The notes under the pieces are model-generated. The model worked only from the letters and a program-made list of their open reading frames with translations. It was not told the origin of the DNA and did no database searches. A program made the position numbers and the translations under genes. Positions 28,863 to 38,769 of a stretch of 64,000 nt of DNA are shown in pieces. Location of the stretch: assembly GCA_020696385.1 (NCBI GenBank), contig JAEHCQ010000001.1, positions 608,001 through 672,000 of the forward strand, read 5' to 3'. The first letter of the stretch is position 1, and each line of letters begins with the position of its first letter. Origin of the DNA: Methanobacteriota archaeon (GTDB lineage Archaea; Thermoplasmatota; Thermoplasmata; SG8-5; JAGLSY01).

Positions 28863-28973
28863 TCCCGAGCGAGTAGGGTCGGGCGAGTTTCTTTATTTGT
28901 CCGTCTTTTTTCTTTGGAGCCCGATCCAGCACAGCGAGGGTTAAAGAAAAAAGTGGCGGGGCATAAGCTCGAA
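28863..28973 (+). repeat. Structured intergenic repeat A, copy 2, plus trailing imperfect duplicate (28957-28973) of 28800-28814
   Basis: TCCCGAGCGAGTAGGGTCGGGCGAGTTTCTTTATTTGTCCGT-CTTTTTTCTTT-GGAGCCCGATCCAGCACAGCGAGGGTT-AAAGAAAAAAG. Confidence 0.85.
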
Positions 28974-29083
28974 TTCATCCGCATGGACATCGTAGATAAT
29001 ATGCTCTGCATCTAAATGCAATTAATTGAGCAAAGGTTTGGCGTTCATTTTTTAAGCCTATTAATATTTCCAGTACCGCTACC

Positions 29084-31099
29084 ATGAACTACGACGAACA
29101 TCTCGAATGGCTATACGACCTCCAGTGGCATGGCATGAAACTGGGTCTGGCCAATACTGAAGCTCTGCTAGCGGAGCTTCAGAACCCGCATGAAGGATTG
29201 AAGATCATTCATGTGGCCGGAACCAATGGAAAAGGCTCGGTGTGCGCGATCCTGACCAGCGTGTTGGTGAAAGCTGGCTACAAGGTGGGGACCTACACTT
29301 CCCCACATCTGAGTGATTTCACAGAGAGGATCGCGGTAAATGGAATTCCTGTTAGCGAGGGGGATATCGTCAGCTCGATCAAGCGAATTAAGCCGAAGAT
29401 CGAGAAGCTGGCCAATCGCGATGATGAGATAAAATGCACTTTCTTCGAGGCCACCACGGCAATGGCCTTCGACATATTTTCCAGGAAAAAGGTGGACATC
29501 GCCATCATGGAAGTCGGCATGGGAGGTCGTCTGGACTCGACCAATGTCGCAGATCCTATTATTTCCGTAATTACGAACATCGGCCTTGATCATACCCAGC
29601 ATCTGGGCGACAGCATCCGGGATATTGCTTTTGAGAAGGCCGGTATCATCAAGAAGAACCGGCCTGTTATTTGTGGAGCCAGACAGGCAGATGCCATTGA
29701 CATTATACAGAAAAAGGCCAAGAAAATGGGAGCGGGATTGACACTGGTGCATGATGATTACCGCGCACTGAGGATCGAGTCCGATATTTTTGGGTCAGAT
29801 ATTGATATCAAAACCCCGAATGGCATCTTGAAAGACATTCAAATTCCACTGGCTGGCAAGCACCAGATCGGCAATGCGATGATAGCCATTGCCGCAATCG
29901 ATAAACTGGTCGAGCTGGGATACGAGATCGACCAGGATGTATTGCACAAGGGGATCGAAGCCACCAGATGGAGGGGGAGGTTACAAGTGGCCAGAACCTC
30001 GCCACTTGTAATCCTCGACGGAACCCACAATCCACCAGGAGCAGAGGCATTGAAGGACTTTGTTTTGGAAGAGCTGGCCGATAAAAAGATCATTGGCATC
30101 ATCGGAATGTTAGAGGATAAAGATGCGAAGGGGTTCGTGGAGAAGGTCGAACACCTTTTTGATGAGATCGTCATAACAGCTCCTGATTATCATCGTGCCA
30201 TGCTGGCGGAGGAACTGGCCGAATTCATCTCAATGAATTCCAACATCGAGAAAAAGATGGCAAGTGCGCTGGATCGGGCACTGGCAATGACCGAAGATGA
30301 TGATTATGGTAACTCGGTGATTCTGATAACCGGTTCGATATTCACTGCCTCGGATGCCCTGGCTCACCTGGATCAACTAAGGATCGATATTATATTTCAC
30401 GAGCTCAAGAAGGCCTATCCCATCGGAGCATTTCCAGGATTGGAAGTAGGGGGCAATGAGACATATAAGCCAGGACGTGAAATTGATGATGAAACAGGTC
30501 ATGAAACAACACTGGGTAAGAGATCCGGGGATGCGTATAATGTTCTGATATCCACAATATTGTCACAACGAACGCGCGATCAGAACACGCACATTGCTTC
30601 GGAAAATCTCTTTGCCGTGTACGATACTCCAGAAAAGCTGGCCAATGCCGATCCCAATGAGGTGGAGAGACTTATCAAGCCAGCTGGATTCTATGTTCAG
30701 AAGACAAAGAAGATAATGGATACCGCGAGGATCCTTGTCGAGAAATATGATTCCCAGGTCCCGGAAGACATAGATGAGCTTCTGGATCTTCCTGGTGTGG
30801 GCAGGAAGACAGCGAACTGCGTGCTGGTCTACGGCTTTGAAAGACCAGCGATCGCCGTTGATACCCACGTCCACAGGATATCTAACCTGATGGGATTGGT
30901 AAGATCACAGGTTCCAGATGATACCGAGATCTCTCTGGAAAGAATATTGCCAAAAGAATACTGGATCGATATCAACCGCCTTTTAGTAAGGCATGGGCAG
31001 GAGATATGCAAGCCGATTAATCCTCAATGCGGCAAGTGCTTCTTAAGCCATATTTGCGACACTGGCATATACCGACTGAGCACTCTCAGGTCTGGCTAA
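29084..31099 (+). CDS. folC: Fusion of folylpolyglutamate/dihydrofolate synthase (FolC) and endonuclease III (Nth)
   Basis: HVAGTNGKGS, YTSPHL, EVGMGGRLDSTN, WRGRLQ; then LISTILSQRTRD, LPGVGRKTA, AVDTHVHR, CKPINPQCGKCFLSHIC. Confidence 0.9.
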   Translation: MNYDEHLEWLYDLQWHGMKLGLANTEALLAELQNPHEGLKIIHVAGTNGKGSVCAILTSVLVKAGYKVGTYTSPHLSDFTERIAVNGIPVSEGDIVSSIKRIKPKIEKLANRDDEIKCTFFEATTAMAFDIFSRKKVDIAIMEVGMGGRLDSTNVADPIISVITNIGLDHTQHLGDSIRDIAFEKAGIIKKNRPVICGARQADAIDIIQKKAKKMGAGLTLVHDDYRALRIESDIFGSDIDIKTPNGILKDIQIPLAGKHQIGNAMIAIAAIDKLVELGYEIDQDVLHKGIEATRWRGRLQVARTSPLVILDGTHNPPGAEALKDFVLEELADKKIIGIIGMLEDKDAKGFVEKVEHLFDEIVITAPDYHRAMLAEELAEFISMNSNIEKKMASALDRALAMTEDDDYGNSVILITGSIFTASDALAHLDQLRIDIIFHELKKAYPIGAFPGLEVGGNETYKPGREIDDETGHETTLGKRSGDAYNVLISTILSQRTRDQNTHIASENLFAVYDTPEKLANADPNEVERLIKPAGFYVQKTKKIMDTARILVEKYDSQVPEDIDELLDLPGVGRKTANCVLVYGFERPAIAVDTHVHRISNLMGLVRSQVPDDTEISLERILPKEYWIDINRLLVRHGQEICKPINPQCGKCFLSHICDTGIYRLSTLRSG

Positions 31100-31135
31100 T
31101 TATTTAAATAGTCCTTCATTGTATATGATGTCTGC

Positions 31136-31678
31136 ATGCATGTTGAAGAAGTCGTGAACAGGATGATCAGCTTGGGCCTGGATGTGGGTACCAAGGATGC
31201 TCTTCGCTCGGCATTGAAATTCATAGGCTATGACACACGGGCTTTGGATAGTATCTACGTTGAAGTAAGAAATAGATTGAGCCTGAGGACATTTTCCAAG
31301 ATACCCTACAACCAGAGAGCGCTTTTCATTTCCCATTGTATGAAATCATCCAAGACCTGCAAGGCGGAGATCACCAGCACGGGATTACAATGTCTGGACT
31401 GCGGTGATTGCGATATAACCGCTATAAAGAACCAGGCAATAGACTTGGGCTACCAGGTCTATATCGTTCCAGGTGGAAGCCTGGTCTTCAAGGTCATCAA
31501 GCAATACAAACCACATGCCGTTGTCGGAATCGCCTGCCTGTTCGAGCTTGAAGAGGCATTCGAGAAGCTGAGCATGGCCAATATCCCTTACCAAGGCGTG
31601 CAACTCAGCAAAGATGGGTGCGTGGACACTTGTGTCGATGTCCACAAGGCCATACAAGTATTGAATATTCTTGATTGA
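31136..31678 (+). CDS. DUF116-family protein
   Basis: RALFISHCM, CLDCGDC, YIVPGGS, VGIACLFEL, KDGCVDT. Confidence 0.8.
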   Translation: MHVEEVVNRMISLGLDVGTKDALRSALKFIGYDTRALDSIYVEVRNRLSLRTFSKIPYNQRALFISHCMKSSKTCKAEITSTGLQCLDCGDCDITAIKNQAIDLGYQVYIVPGGSLVFKVIKQYKPHAVVGIACLFELEEAFEKLSMANIPYQGVQLSKDGCVDTCVDVHKAIQVLNILD

Positions 31679-31852
31679 TTAGAATCGTCATTCATGGATG
31701 ATCATTATCAATCAATTTTTATCATGGTTTTGCCACCATGATGCATCGTTCATAAAGCGTTAAGTATTTAGATACAAATCCACATACCTCGGTGGTAGGA
31801 GCGTCTTGAATTGAACATGATCAAATACAGTATTATCGTTGGTTCTGTAGGA

Positions 31853-33316
31853 ATGGCCAAGCCTTTCTCAAAACCAAATGTCTCAAAGGTAATAGCCAAA
31901 GGTAATGATCATTACAGGAAAGGCGAGTTGGGACCCGCTATGCAGTCCTACAATGCCGCGATAAAGATCGATCCAGACAATCCAATAGCTTGGAATAATA
32001 AAGGCCTGGTCCTTGCCATAGTCGGCAAGTATCAAGAAGCTCTCAAATGTCACCTTAAAGCTCTGGAGCTGGACAGTGTGTATATCGATGCCATTTCAAA
32101 TATTGGAATGATATATGCCAAGATGAAGAATTTTGATGAGGCGATGGAATATTACGATGCCGCACTGGATCTCCGGCCAGATCATGAGGCTGCATGGAAC
32201 AATAAAGGCAATCTGCTGGCCAAGATGGATAAGCATAAAGAATCCATAAAATGCTACAGAAAAGCCCTGGAGATCGATCCAGGATATGTGGCCGCGATGA
32301 ATAATCTGGCTGTATCATTGACACATATCAAGGATTATTCAGGAGCGATCGAGCTGATAAACAGCGTGCTCAAAGAAAGACCGACCTTTGCGGAAGGCTG
32401 GTATATCAAAGGGAAGGCCCTGATAGGTCAGAAAGAATTTGGTAAGGCCATCATATGCCTGGAGAGAGCACATCGACTCAATCCTGATTTTGTCAAGGCC
32501 GAGAAGGCACTCAATATTTTGAAGAAAAGTTTGGCAGATGATGATAGGCCAAGCAAAACGAAGACAAAGAAGAAAAAATCAAAGCCAAAGGATGTCCAAG
32601 AGAAGATGGAAGCCGATCTGCAAGAACTCAGCTCGGAAATGGAGATAATTGAGAGTGAATATGATCATATATCAGATCATCTCAATGAGAGCCAGCAGAA
32701 ACTTTTCGAGGCCATAGGGGACGATCCAGTCTCGAGATCCGACATCAAAAAGAGTGCTGGTGATATGTCTGAATCCACCCTCCAGAGAGGTTTGAAAGAT
32801 CTGGAAGAGAGAGGGATGGTGCAAAAGGAGAAGAGAGGAAGATTCGTCTACTATTTCAGAAGCGAGACACTGGGTGCCATGGATGATGAGATCATCGAAC
32901 TGGATGAATCAGATACTGGCAAGAAGAAAAAGAAGAAATTGTCAGAGCCAAAGGATTTCAGTGGCCTTGTCAGCAGGGCGAAATCACTGGCCAAAAAAGA
33001 CAGGCATGTCGATGCCCTGTCTTACTACAAGAAGGCCTTGAAGATCAATCCATATGATGAGATGACCCTTTGCCTGAAGGCTCAATCGCATTATGAATTG
33101 GGAGAGGGGGACAAGGCCATGAGCTCCGTGTCCGAGGTCCTGAGATCGAAACCCAATTCCCTACCAGCGTGGTTCACATTGGCCAATGGCTCATTCCAAT
33201 TGGAAAATTGGCAGGATGCTGCTGATTGTTATGGGAAGATATTGGAGATCTCCCCGGGCAATGCGGATGCTGAGGAAAAGATCGAGATATGCCAAAGAAA
33301 GTTAGGCGAGGAATAG
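31853..33316 (+). CDS. TPR protein with central winged-HTH domain
   Basis: AWNNKG TPRs; SESTLQRGLKDLEERGMVQKEKRGRFVYY wHTH; further TPRs; start trimmed to MAKPF. Confidence 0.8.
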   Translation: MAKPFSKPNVSKVIAKGNDHYRKGELGPAMQSYNAAIKIDPDNPIAWNNKGLVLAIVGKYQEALKCHLKALELDSVYIDAISNIGMIYAKMKNFDEAMEYYDAALDLRPDHEAAWNNKGNLLAKMDKHKESIKCYRKALEIDPGYVAAMNNLAVSLTHIKDYSGAIELINSVLKERPTFAEGWYIKGKALIGQKEFGKAIICLERAHRLNPDFVKAEKALNILKKSLADDDRPSKTKTKKKKSKPKDVQEKMEADLQELSSEMEIIESEYDHISDHLNESQQKLFEAIGDDPVSRSDIKKSAGDMSESTLQRGLKDLEERGMVQKEKRGRFVYYFRSETLGAMDDEIIELDESDTGKKKKKKLSEPKDFSGLVSRAKSLAKKDRHVDALSYYKKALKINPYDEMTLCLKAQSHYELGEGDKAMSSVSEVLRSKPNSLPAWFTLANGSFQLENWQDAADCYGKILEISPGNADAEEKIEICQRKLGEE

Positions 33317-33317
33317 G

Positions 33318-34565
33318 ATGGATAAGAAACAACTATCCTCGATGATGTTTGTTATTGTTCTCATTATTGGAAGTATGTTCAGTTTCATGCTTATAAATTC
33401 ACAATTATTTCAGGATAAATGGGTGTATGAACAGGTCGACACTTCAGAGCTGGTTGGAGAATACACATCGATAGCCCTGGATGAGAATGGAGATCCTCAC
33501 ATAAGCTATCGTGATAAACAAATGGGAAACCTGAAGCATGCTTGGCTTGATGGAGACGCCTGGAATTTCGAAACAGTAGATGATTCCGGCATGGTGGAAG
33601 AGCACACGAAGATGATCATCGATGATGAAAATATCCCCCACATTTGGTATAATCGATTCAATGGCACATATCATGCATACAAGGTAAATGATGCCTGGAC
33701 AATAGCCAAATATGGGGACTTCAAGATGCCAGAAGAGCACATCATATCTGAAGATGGGGATATGCATTACTTCAGCAGTGAGTGGAATTATGGGCCGGAA
33801 CCCATATTAAAATATGTTACAATAAGTGATGATTCCACATATTCTGAGACAATAGAGAATTCCTACAGTTCCTACAATATGCGCTACTTTACATATGCTC
33901 CAGATGGGGAATATATACATCTGGCCTATCAAATGACCGATATATATGCATTTGAGACAGATCCATTAAATTATTCAAAATTAATATATGGAGAATTCGA
34001 TGGTAGCGAATGGAACTTTGAGATGATCAACAGATCGGACTATTGGAATAGAACTGGCCTATACTCCGACATGATTCTTGATAGTGATGGAGAACCGCAC
34101 ATATTCTACTATCATGAGGGATTGAAACACGCATATATTGAAAACAATGATTGGAAAATAGAATCAATATACGAAAGTTATCTTGATCAAGCGGAGTATG
34201 TGGAGGGGGGTTATGGTATATCGGCTGTTCTGGATTCGAATGACGAGCCTCATGTGGTGTTCTATGATGGTAATGATAGGATTCTGAGAATGGCCGAGAA
34301 AGTGGACGGGGAGTGGATCGTGCATGTCATTGATGAAAATAGCCAAGTTGGAAGGTTCAATTCCATTGCTATCGACTCGGAGGACAATATCCACATAAGT
34401 TATCTGGATGATGACAATGGTTCATTGAAATACGCGAAGGGAACATATGATGGGGATTTCACCTTGCTCTTTATGGCCATATCCGCTCTCATAGTCGCTG
34501 TATTCATCTGGATATTGATTTCCATATCCAGAAGAAAAGACGAGAAGAACAAACTGCCAGAGTAG
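33318..34565 (+). CDS. Membrane-anchored extracellular beta-propeller-like repeat protein
   Basis: N- and C-terminal TM; repeats of the type GEYTSIALDENGDPHISY...LKHA. Confidence 0.75.
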   Translation: MDKKQLSSMMFVIVLIIGSMFSFMLINSQLFQDKWVYEQVDTSELVGEYTSIALDENGDPHISYRDKQMGNLKHAWLDGDAWNFETVDDSGMVEEHTKMIIDDENIPHIWYNRFNGTYHAYKVNDAWTIAKYGDFKMPEEHIISEDGDMHYFSSEWNYGPEPILKYVTISDDSTYSETIENSYSSYNMRYFTYAPDGEYIHLAYQMTDIYAFETDPLNYSKLIYGEFDGSEWNFEMINRSDYWNRTGLYSDMILDSDGEPHIFYYHEGLKHAYIENNDWKIESIYESYLDQAEYVEGGYGISAVLDSNDEPHVVFYDGNDRILRMAEKVDGEWIVHVIDENSQVGRFNSIAIDSEDNIHISYLDDDNGSLKYAKGTYDGDFTLLFMAISALIVAVFIWILISISRRKDEKNKLPE

Positions 34566-34642
34566 ATTGGGTTGAACATCAATACCTTGATATTGCATTA
34601 CTTATTTCTATACCTAGTCTTATATTGTGGCGGGGTAGGTAT

Positions 34643-35833
34643 ATGGACATTGGAATCGTAGGAAAACCAAATGTAGGCAAATCAACCATGTTCTCAGCAT
34701 TGACACTGGCTAATGCGGAGATCGCTAACTATCCTTTTACAACTGTCGAGCCCAATGTGGGTGTGGCTTATGTTCGGGGGAAATGCCCATGCCAGGAATT
34801 TGAAGTGGCTTGTACACCGAGAAATTCCGAGTGTGAAGGTGGTACCAGGCTGATACCTATCAAGGCCATTGATGTCGCTGGCCTCGTTCCAGGTGCCTGG
34901 GAAGGCAAGGGTATGGGGAACCAGTTCCTGGATGACTTGAGGCAGGCGAGTGTTCTAATTCATATTATCGATGCCAGTGGTGGCACGCTCATAGACGGCA
35001 CACCGTGTAAGATTGGTGAGCATGACCCAATAGATGATATTGAATTCTTAGAGAAAGAGATAATCTATTGGATACGCAATATAATCATGAAGGACTGGAA
35101 GAAGATCAGCAGACAGAGCGTGCTGGTCGGTATCAAGATAGAAAAAGCACTTCATGACAGACTCGCTGGTCTGGCCATATCCGAGATCCAGATAACCAGA
35201 GCATTGCGTGCCGCTGGTCTGGAAGGAAATCCAGATAAATGGAGTGATGACGAGATCCTTAAGCTCGCTGCAGAGATCCAGAAGTCGGGGAAACCAATAA
35301 TCATCGCTGCCAATAAATGCGATATCGCCCCCGATGAGAATATTAAGAAACTCAGGGAGCTGGAAGATAGGACCATTATCATGATATCCGCGGAATATGA
35401 ACTGGCCCTACGAAGGGCGGGCGGATCTGGCCTTATAGATTATGTTCCCGGAGACTCATATTTCAAGATCGTGGATGATTCCAAATTATCCAGTGGGCAG
35501 ATAGCTGGCCTTAAGAAGATCGAGGAATTCATGGCCAAGTTCGATGGAACCGGAGTGCAGCCATGTTTGGAGAAGGCTATATTCGACATTCTGGACCTCA
35601 TTTACGTCTATCCAGTAGAGGATGAGAGCAAACTGACAGATAAAGAAGGTCGAGTTCTCCCGGATGTGCATCTGATGCCGAAAGGCAGTAATGCGAAGGA
35701 TCTGGCATACAAGGTCCACACGGATCTTGGCGATAAGTTCATCAGAGCGATAGATGCTAGGACGAAGAGGGTGATCGGTCAGGATCATGAATTGAGCAAT
35801 TGTGACGTTATCACGATTGTCAGCGGGAGGTAG
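34643..35833 (+). CDS. ychF: Archaeal YchF/Ola1 (Obg-family) ATPase with TGS domain
   Basis: GKPNVGKST, YPFTT, DVAGLVPGA, ANKCD, VHTDLG. Confidence 0.92.
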   Translation: MDIGIVGKPNVGKSTMFSALTLANAEIANYPFTTVEPNVGVAYVRGKCPCQEFEVACTPRNSECEGGTRLIPIKAIDVAGLVPGAWEGKGMGNQFLDDLRQASVLIHIIDASGGTLIDGTPCKIGEHDPIDDIEFLEKEIIYWIRNIIMKDWKKISRQSVLVGIKIEKALHDRLAGLAISEIQITRALRAAGLEGNPDKWSDDEILKLAAEIQKSGKPIIIAANKCDIAPDENIKKLRELEDRTIIMISAEYELALRRAGGSGLIDYVPGDSYFKIVDDSKLSSGQIAGLKKIEEFMAKFDGTGVQPCLEKAIFDILDLIYVYPVEDESKLTDKEGRVLPDVHLMPKGSNAKDLAYKVHTDLGDKFIRAIDARTKRVIGQDHELSNCDVITIVSGR

Positions 35834-35841
35834 GGGACCGC

Positions 35842-38769
35842 ATGTCCCCCGCTTACCCGGAAAGAATAGAAATGATGGGAAGAGAGGATGAAATAAGCAT
35901 CCTTGATAAACATCTATCAAATGCCAGGGATTCAAAGGGATCCGCAGTCTTCCTAACTGGCATTACCGGAATTGGAAAGTCCGTGCTCGTGGATCATTTT
36001 TTGGAAAGCCAGAATACAGACGATATCGAGATAATAAAAGCCTATTCCGGAATAGGGGAGTACAAGCCTTTCAATGTATTCGCCACTGCTTTTGAGGATC
36101 ATCTGTCCGAGCCTTTATTTCGCCCTAAGGACCATGTATCATTTTCCAAGGTATTCGCGATAGACCGTTCAGGTCTATTACTAGCCGAATCCTCGGTGGG
36201 GATGGAGGGGGAGATGGATGCCGATATCTTTGCCGGCATGCTGTCCGCTGTGCAGGATTTCGTCAGGGATTCACTGGACACCTCCATGGATAAGAAGAGC
36301 AGTATCAAGAAGATGGAATATGGAGATATGAGCATACTCATAGAGAACGGAGAGCGAATATTCCTGACCGCGACCTACAAGGGAAAAGGACACCCGGATA
36401 TGAACAGGGTGATGAAAAGTATGATCGGTGAGATCGAGTCAGAGCATGAACATCTGCTCTCTTCATGGAGTGGGAAGATGCAGGATATCGAACCCATCCA
36501 GGAGTATGTGGACAGGCTTTCGTCCATTGGTTTCAAAGTTAGACAGGACGTTGAAGGGTCCACCCTGGAGAAAGAGAGAGTGAGGGTGTCGGATCATCTA
36601 CTTAACAAACTTATACAATTATCAAGAGAAAGAACAGTCGTACTGGCGATAGATAATATTCATCTGGCTGATGAGTCATCGCAATTCGTAATAGATTATA
36701 TTGCGAGAAATATCGATGACAAGAAAATACTGATGCTTTGCTCGGTGAAGCCAGATGCTGAAGGGGGACTTCAGGAACTGATAAAAGGAACGGTGGAGGG
36801 GTCTCGCATGCTTCTACCAGTACTCGAACTGGAGACCAAATATATTGTGAAGATAATCGATAGAATGTTCCCGGACAATGATTTTCCAGATAAGTTCATC
36901 GATCGCATCTGCTCGGAAACAGAGGGGCATCCTCTTTTCCTTATCGAGACACTGGAGTCCATGATCAGGGACAATTGCATAATCGATGAGGGAGGAGGAG
37001 CCAAGCTCGTGAATCAGGATTATAGTCCACCGGATTCTTTGGAATCCATAGTCTTCAGTAGATTGGATCATTTGGATTCCAATGCATTGAGCATGGCGGA
37101 ATTCCTATCATGCATCGGCCAGAGATTCAATATTATCGCCACTGGATCTTTGGAATTTATAAAGGGATCTGACAAGACCATGGATGAACTGGCCAGATCA
37201 GGTCTTATCATAAGTGATGATATCTCCGGAGAATTTGCCAGAACGATGTTCAGGGAAGTGATATACAGTGGCATCGACCAGAGATGGAAAATGAAGTATC
37301 ACAAGATCCTGGGTGAATATTTTGAAGGGGTCTATTGGAACGAACTTGATGATACGGTATACGAAGTGGCTCATCATTATTCGAAGACGAAAGAATACTC
37401 GAAGATCTTTGAATATTCTCTTCGAGGCGGGGAACTGGCCGAAAGCTCCTTCTCACCAAAATTAGCCATAAACCTATATGCTGGGGCTTTGGATTCCCTG
37501 AACAATATCAGATCTGGAGATATTCATGAAAATAGGGTGGAATTGAATGAAAGGCTCGGTGATAATCATACCATAATTGGCAATTTTGATGAAGCTTTGG
37601 CTTGTTATTCAGAGATCTTGAAGGTGTCTGAGGACTACAAAAAGAAAGCCAATGCCTACTATAAAATTGCGATCGTGCATGAGAAAATGGGAGATTATGA
37701 AGAAAGCAAAAAAGTCTGCCAGTCGGGCCTTGAGATTATGAAGGATGATATGAACATAGAGACCACGAGGCTGAAAAGGATGATCGGCCTCGCCCACATG
37801 AGGACGGGGGATTATGAGGGGTCGCTCGAAATCATAAAGGATGTACACAATTTGGCTGTAAAACTTGATAGCCAGACTGACATCGCTCAGGCCACCCACG
37901 ATATGGGATTGATATCATGGTTCAGGGGAGATTATGATGAAGCTTTGGCTTCCTTCAATGAGGCCATATCCGTGAGGGATAAGATAGGGGATATTGTAGG
38001 AAGGGGCAATTCACTGAACAATATCGCGGTCATCTATATGGAAAGAGGAGAGAACAACCGGGCACTGGATATCTTCAAAGAATGCCTGGCCATTGATGAA
38101 AAAAGAGAGGATATCCATAGCCGGGCGGGAACCCTTGATAATATGGGAACCATATACCACACATTGGGAGATCTGGAACTATCAAAGAAATACCATGAAG
38201 AAAGCCTTGAGATATTGAAGAGAATCGGAGACAAGAGCGGCTATTCCTGGTCCCTTGGTAGCATGGCGTACGTATTCCAGAGTTTGGAGGAATACGATAT
38301 GTCATTCTATTATCATAATAAAAGCATTGAATTGTGTAATGAGATAGGTGATAAGCAATTGCTGATCCACAATTATTATGGAATGGCTGACACCTTCATA
38401 GACATGGGAGAATGTGAAGAAGCCCTGAAGTATGCTGGAATGGCTCTGGACCTATCCATCGAACTGGGAGCCAAAAGAGATGAAGGAGTGTGTTACATGA
38501 TCCAGGGGATGGCATACAGGGATATGGGAGATATCGAGAAGGCCGAAGCTTTGTTGGAAAAGTCCAATATATTGATAAACGAAGTGGGTGATGACAGCCT
38601 ACTGGGTATGCTTATTTTCGAGATGGGAGTGATGCAGAAGATAAAGGGAAATACAGAGGAGGCAAGAGCCCTTATCACGAAGGCAAACAAGATCTTCAGC
38701 AAGGCTAGTATGAACACATGGACTGAAAAGACTAAAAAGGCCTTGATAGATATGGGAGAAGGTACATGA
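35842..38769 (+). CDS. STAND-type ATPase with inserted longin/roadblock-like domain and C-terminal 40-aa TPR array
   Basis: GREDE, Walker A GITGIGKS, Walker B IDNIHLAD, GHPLF; insert VFAIDRSG...DIFAGMLSAVQDFV. Confidence 0.8.
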   Translation: MSPAYPERIEMMGREDEISILDKHLSNARDSKGSAVFLTGITGIGKSVLVDHFLESQNTDDIEIIKAYSGIGEYKPFNVFATAFEDHLSEPLFRPKDHVSFSKVFAIDRSGLLLAESSVGMEGEMDADIFAGMLSAVQDFVRDSLDTSMDKKSSIKKMEYGDMSILIENGERIFLTATYKGKGHPDMNRVMKSMIGEIESEHEHLLSSWSGKMQDIEPIQEYVDRLSSIGFKVRQDVEGSTLEKERVRVSDHLLNKLIQLSRERTVVLAIDNIHLADESSQFVIDYIARNIDDKKILMLCSVKPDAEGGLQELIKGTVEGSRMLLPVLELETKYIVKIIDRMFPDNDFPDKFIDRICSETEGHPLFLIETLESMIRDNCIIDEGGGAKLVNQDYSPPDSLESIVFSRLDHLDSNALSMAEFLSCIGQRFNIIATGSLEFIKGSDKTMDELARSGLIISDDISGEFARTMFREVIYSGIDQRWKMKYHKILGEYFEGVYWNELDDTVYEVAHHYSKTKEYSKIFEYSLRGGELAESSFSPKLAINLYAGALDSLNNIRSGDIHENRVELNERLGDNHTIIGNFDEALACYSEILKVSEDYKKKANAYYKIAIVHEKMGDYEESKKVCQSGLEIMKDDMNIETTRLKRMIGLAHMRTGDYEGSLEIIKDVHNLAVKLDSQTDIAQATHDMGLISWFRGDYDEALASFNEAISVRDKIGDIVGRGNSLNNIAVIYMERGENNRALDIFKECLAIDEKREDIHSRAGTLDNMGTIYHTLGDLELSKKYHEESLEILKRIGDKSGYSWSLGSMAYVFQSLEEYDMSFYYHNKSIELCNEIGDKQLLIHNYYGMADTFIDMGECEEALKYAGMALDLSIELGAKRDEGVCYMIQGMAYRDMGDIEKAEALLEKSNILINEVGDDSLLGMLIFEMGVMQKIKGNTEEARALITKANKIFSKASMNTWTEKTKKALIDMGEGT

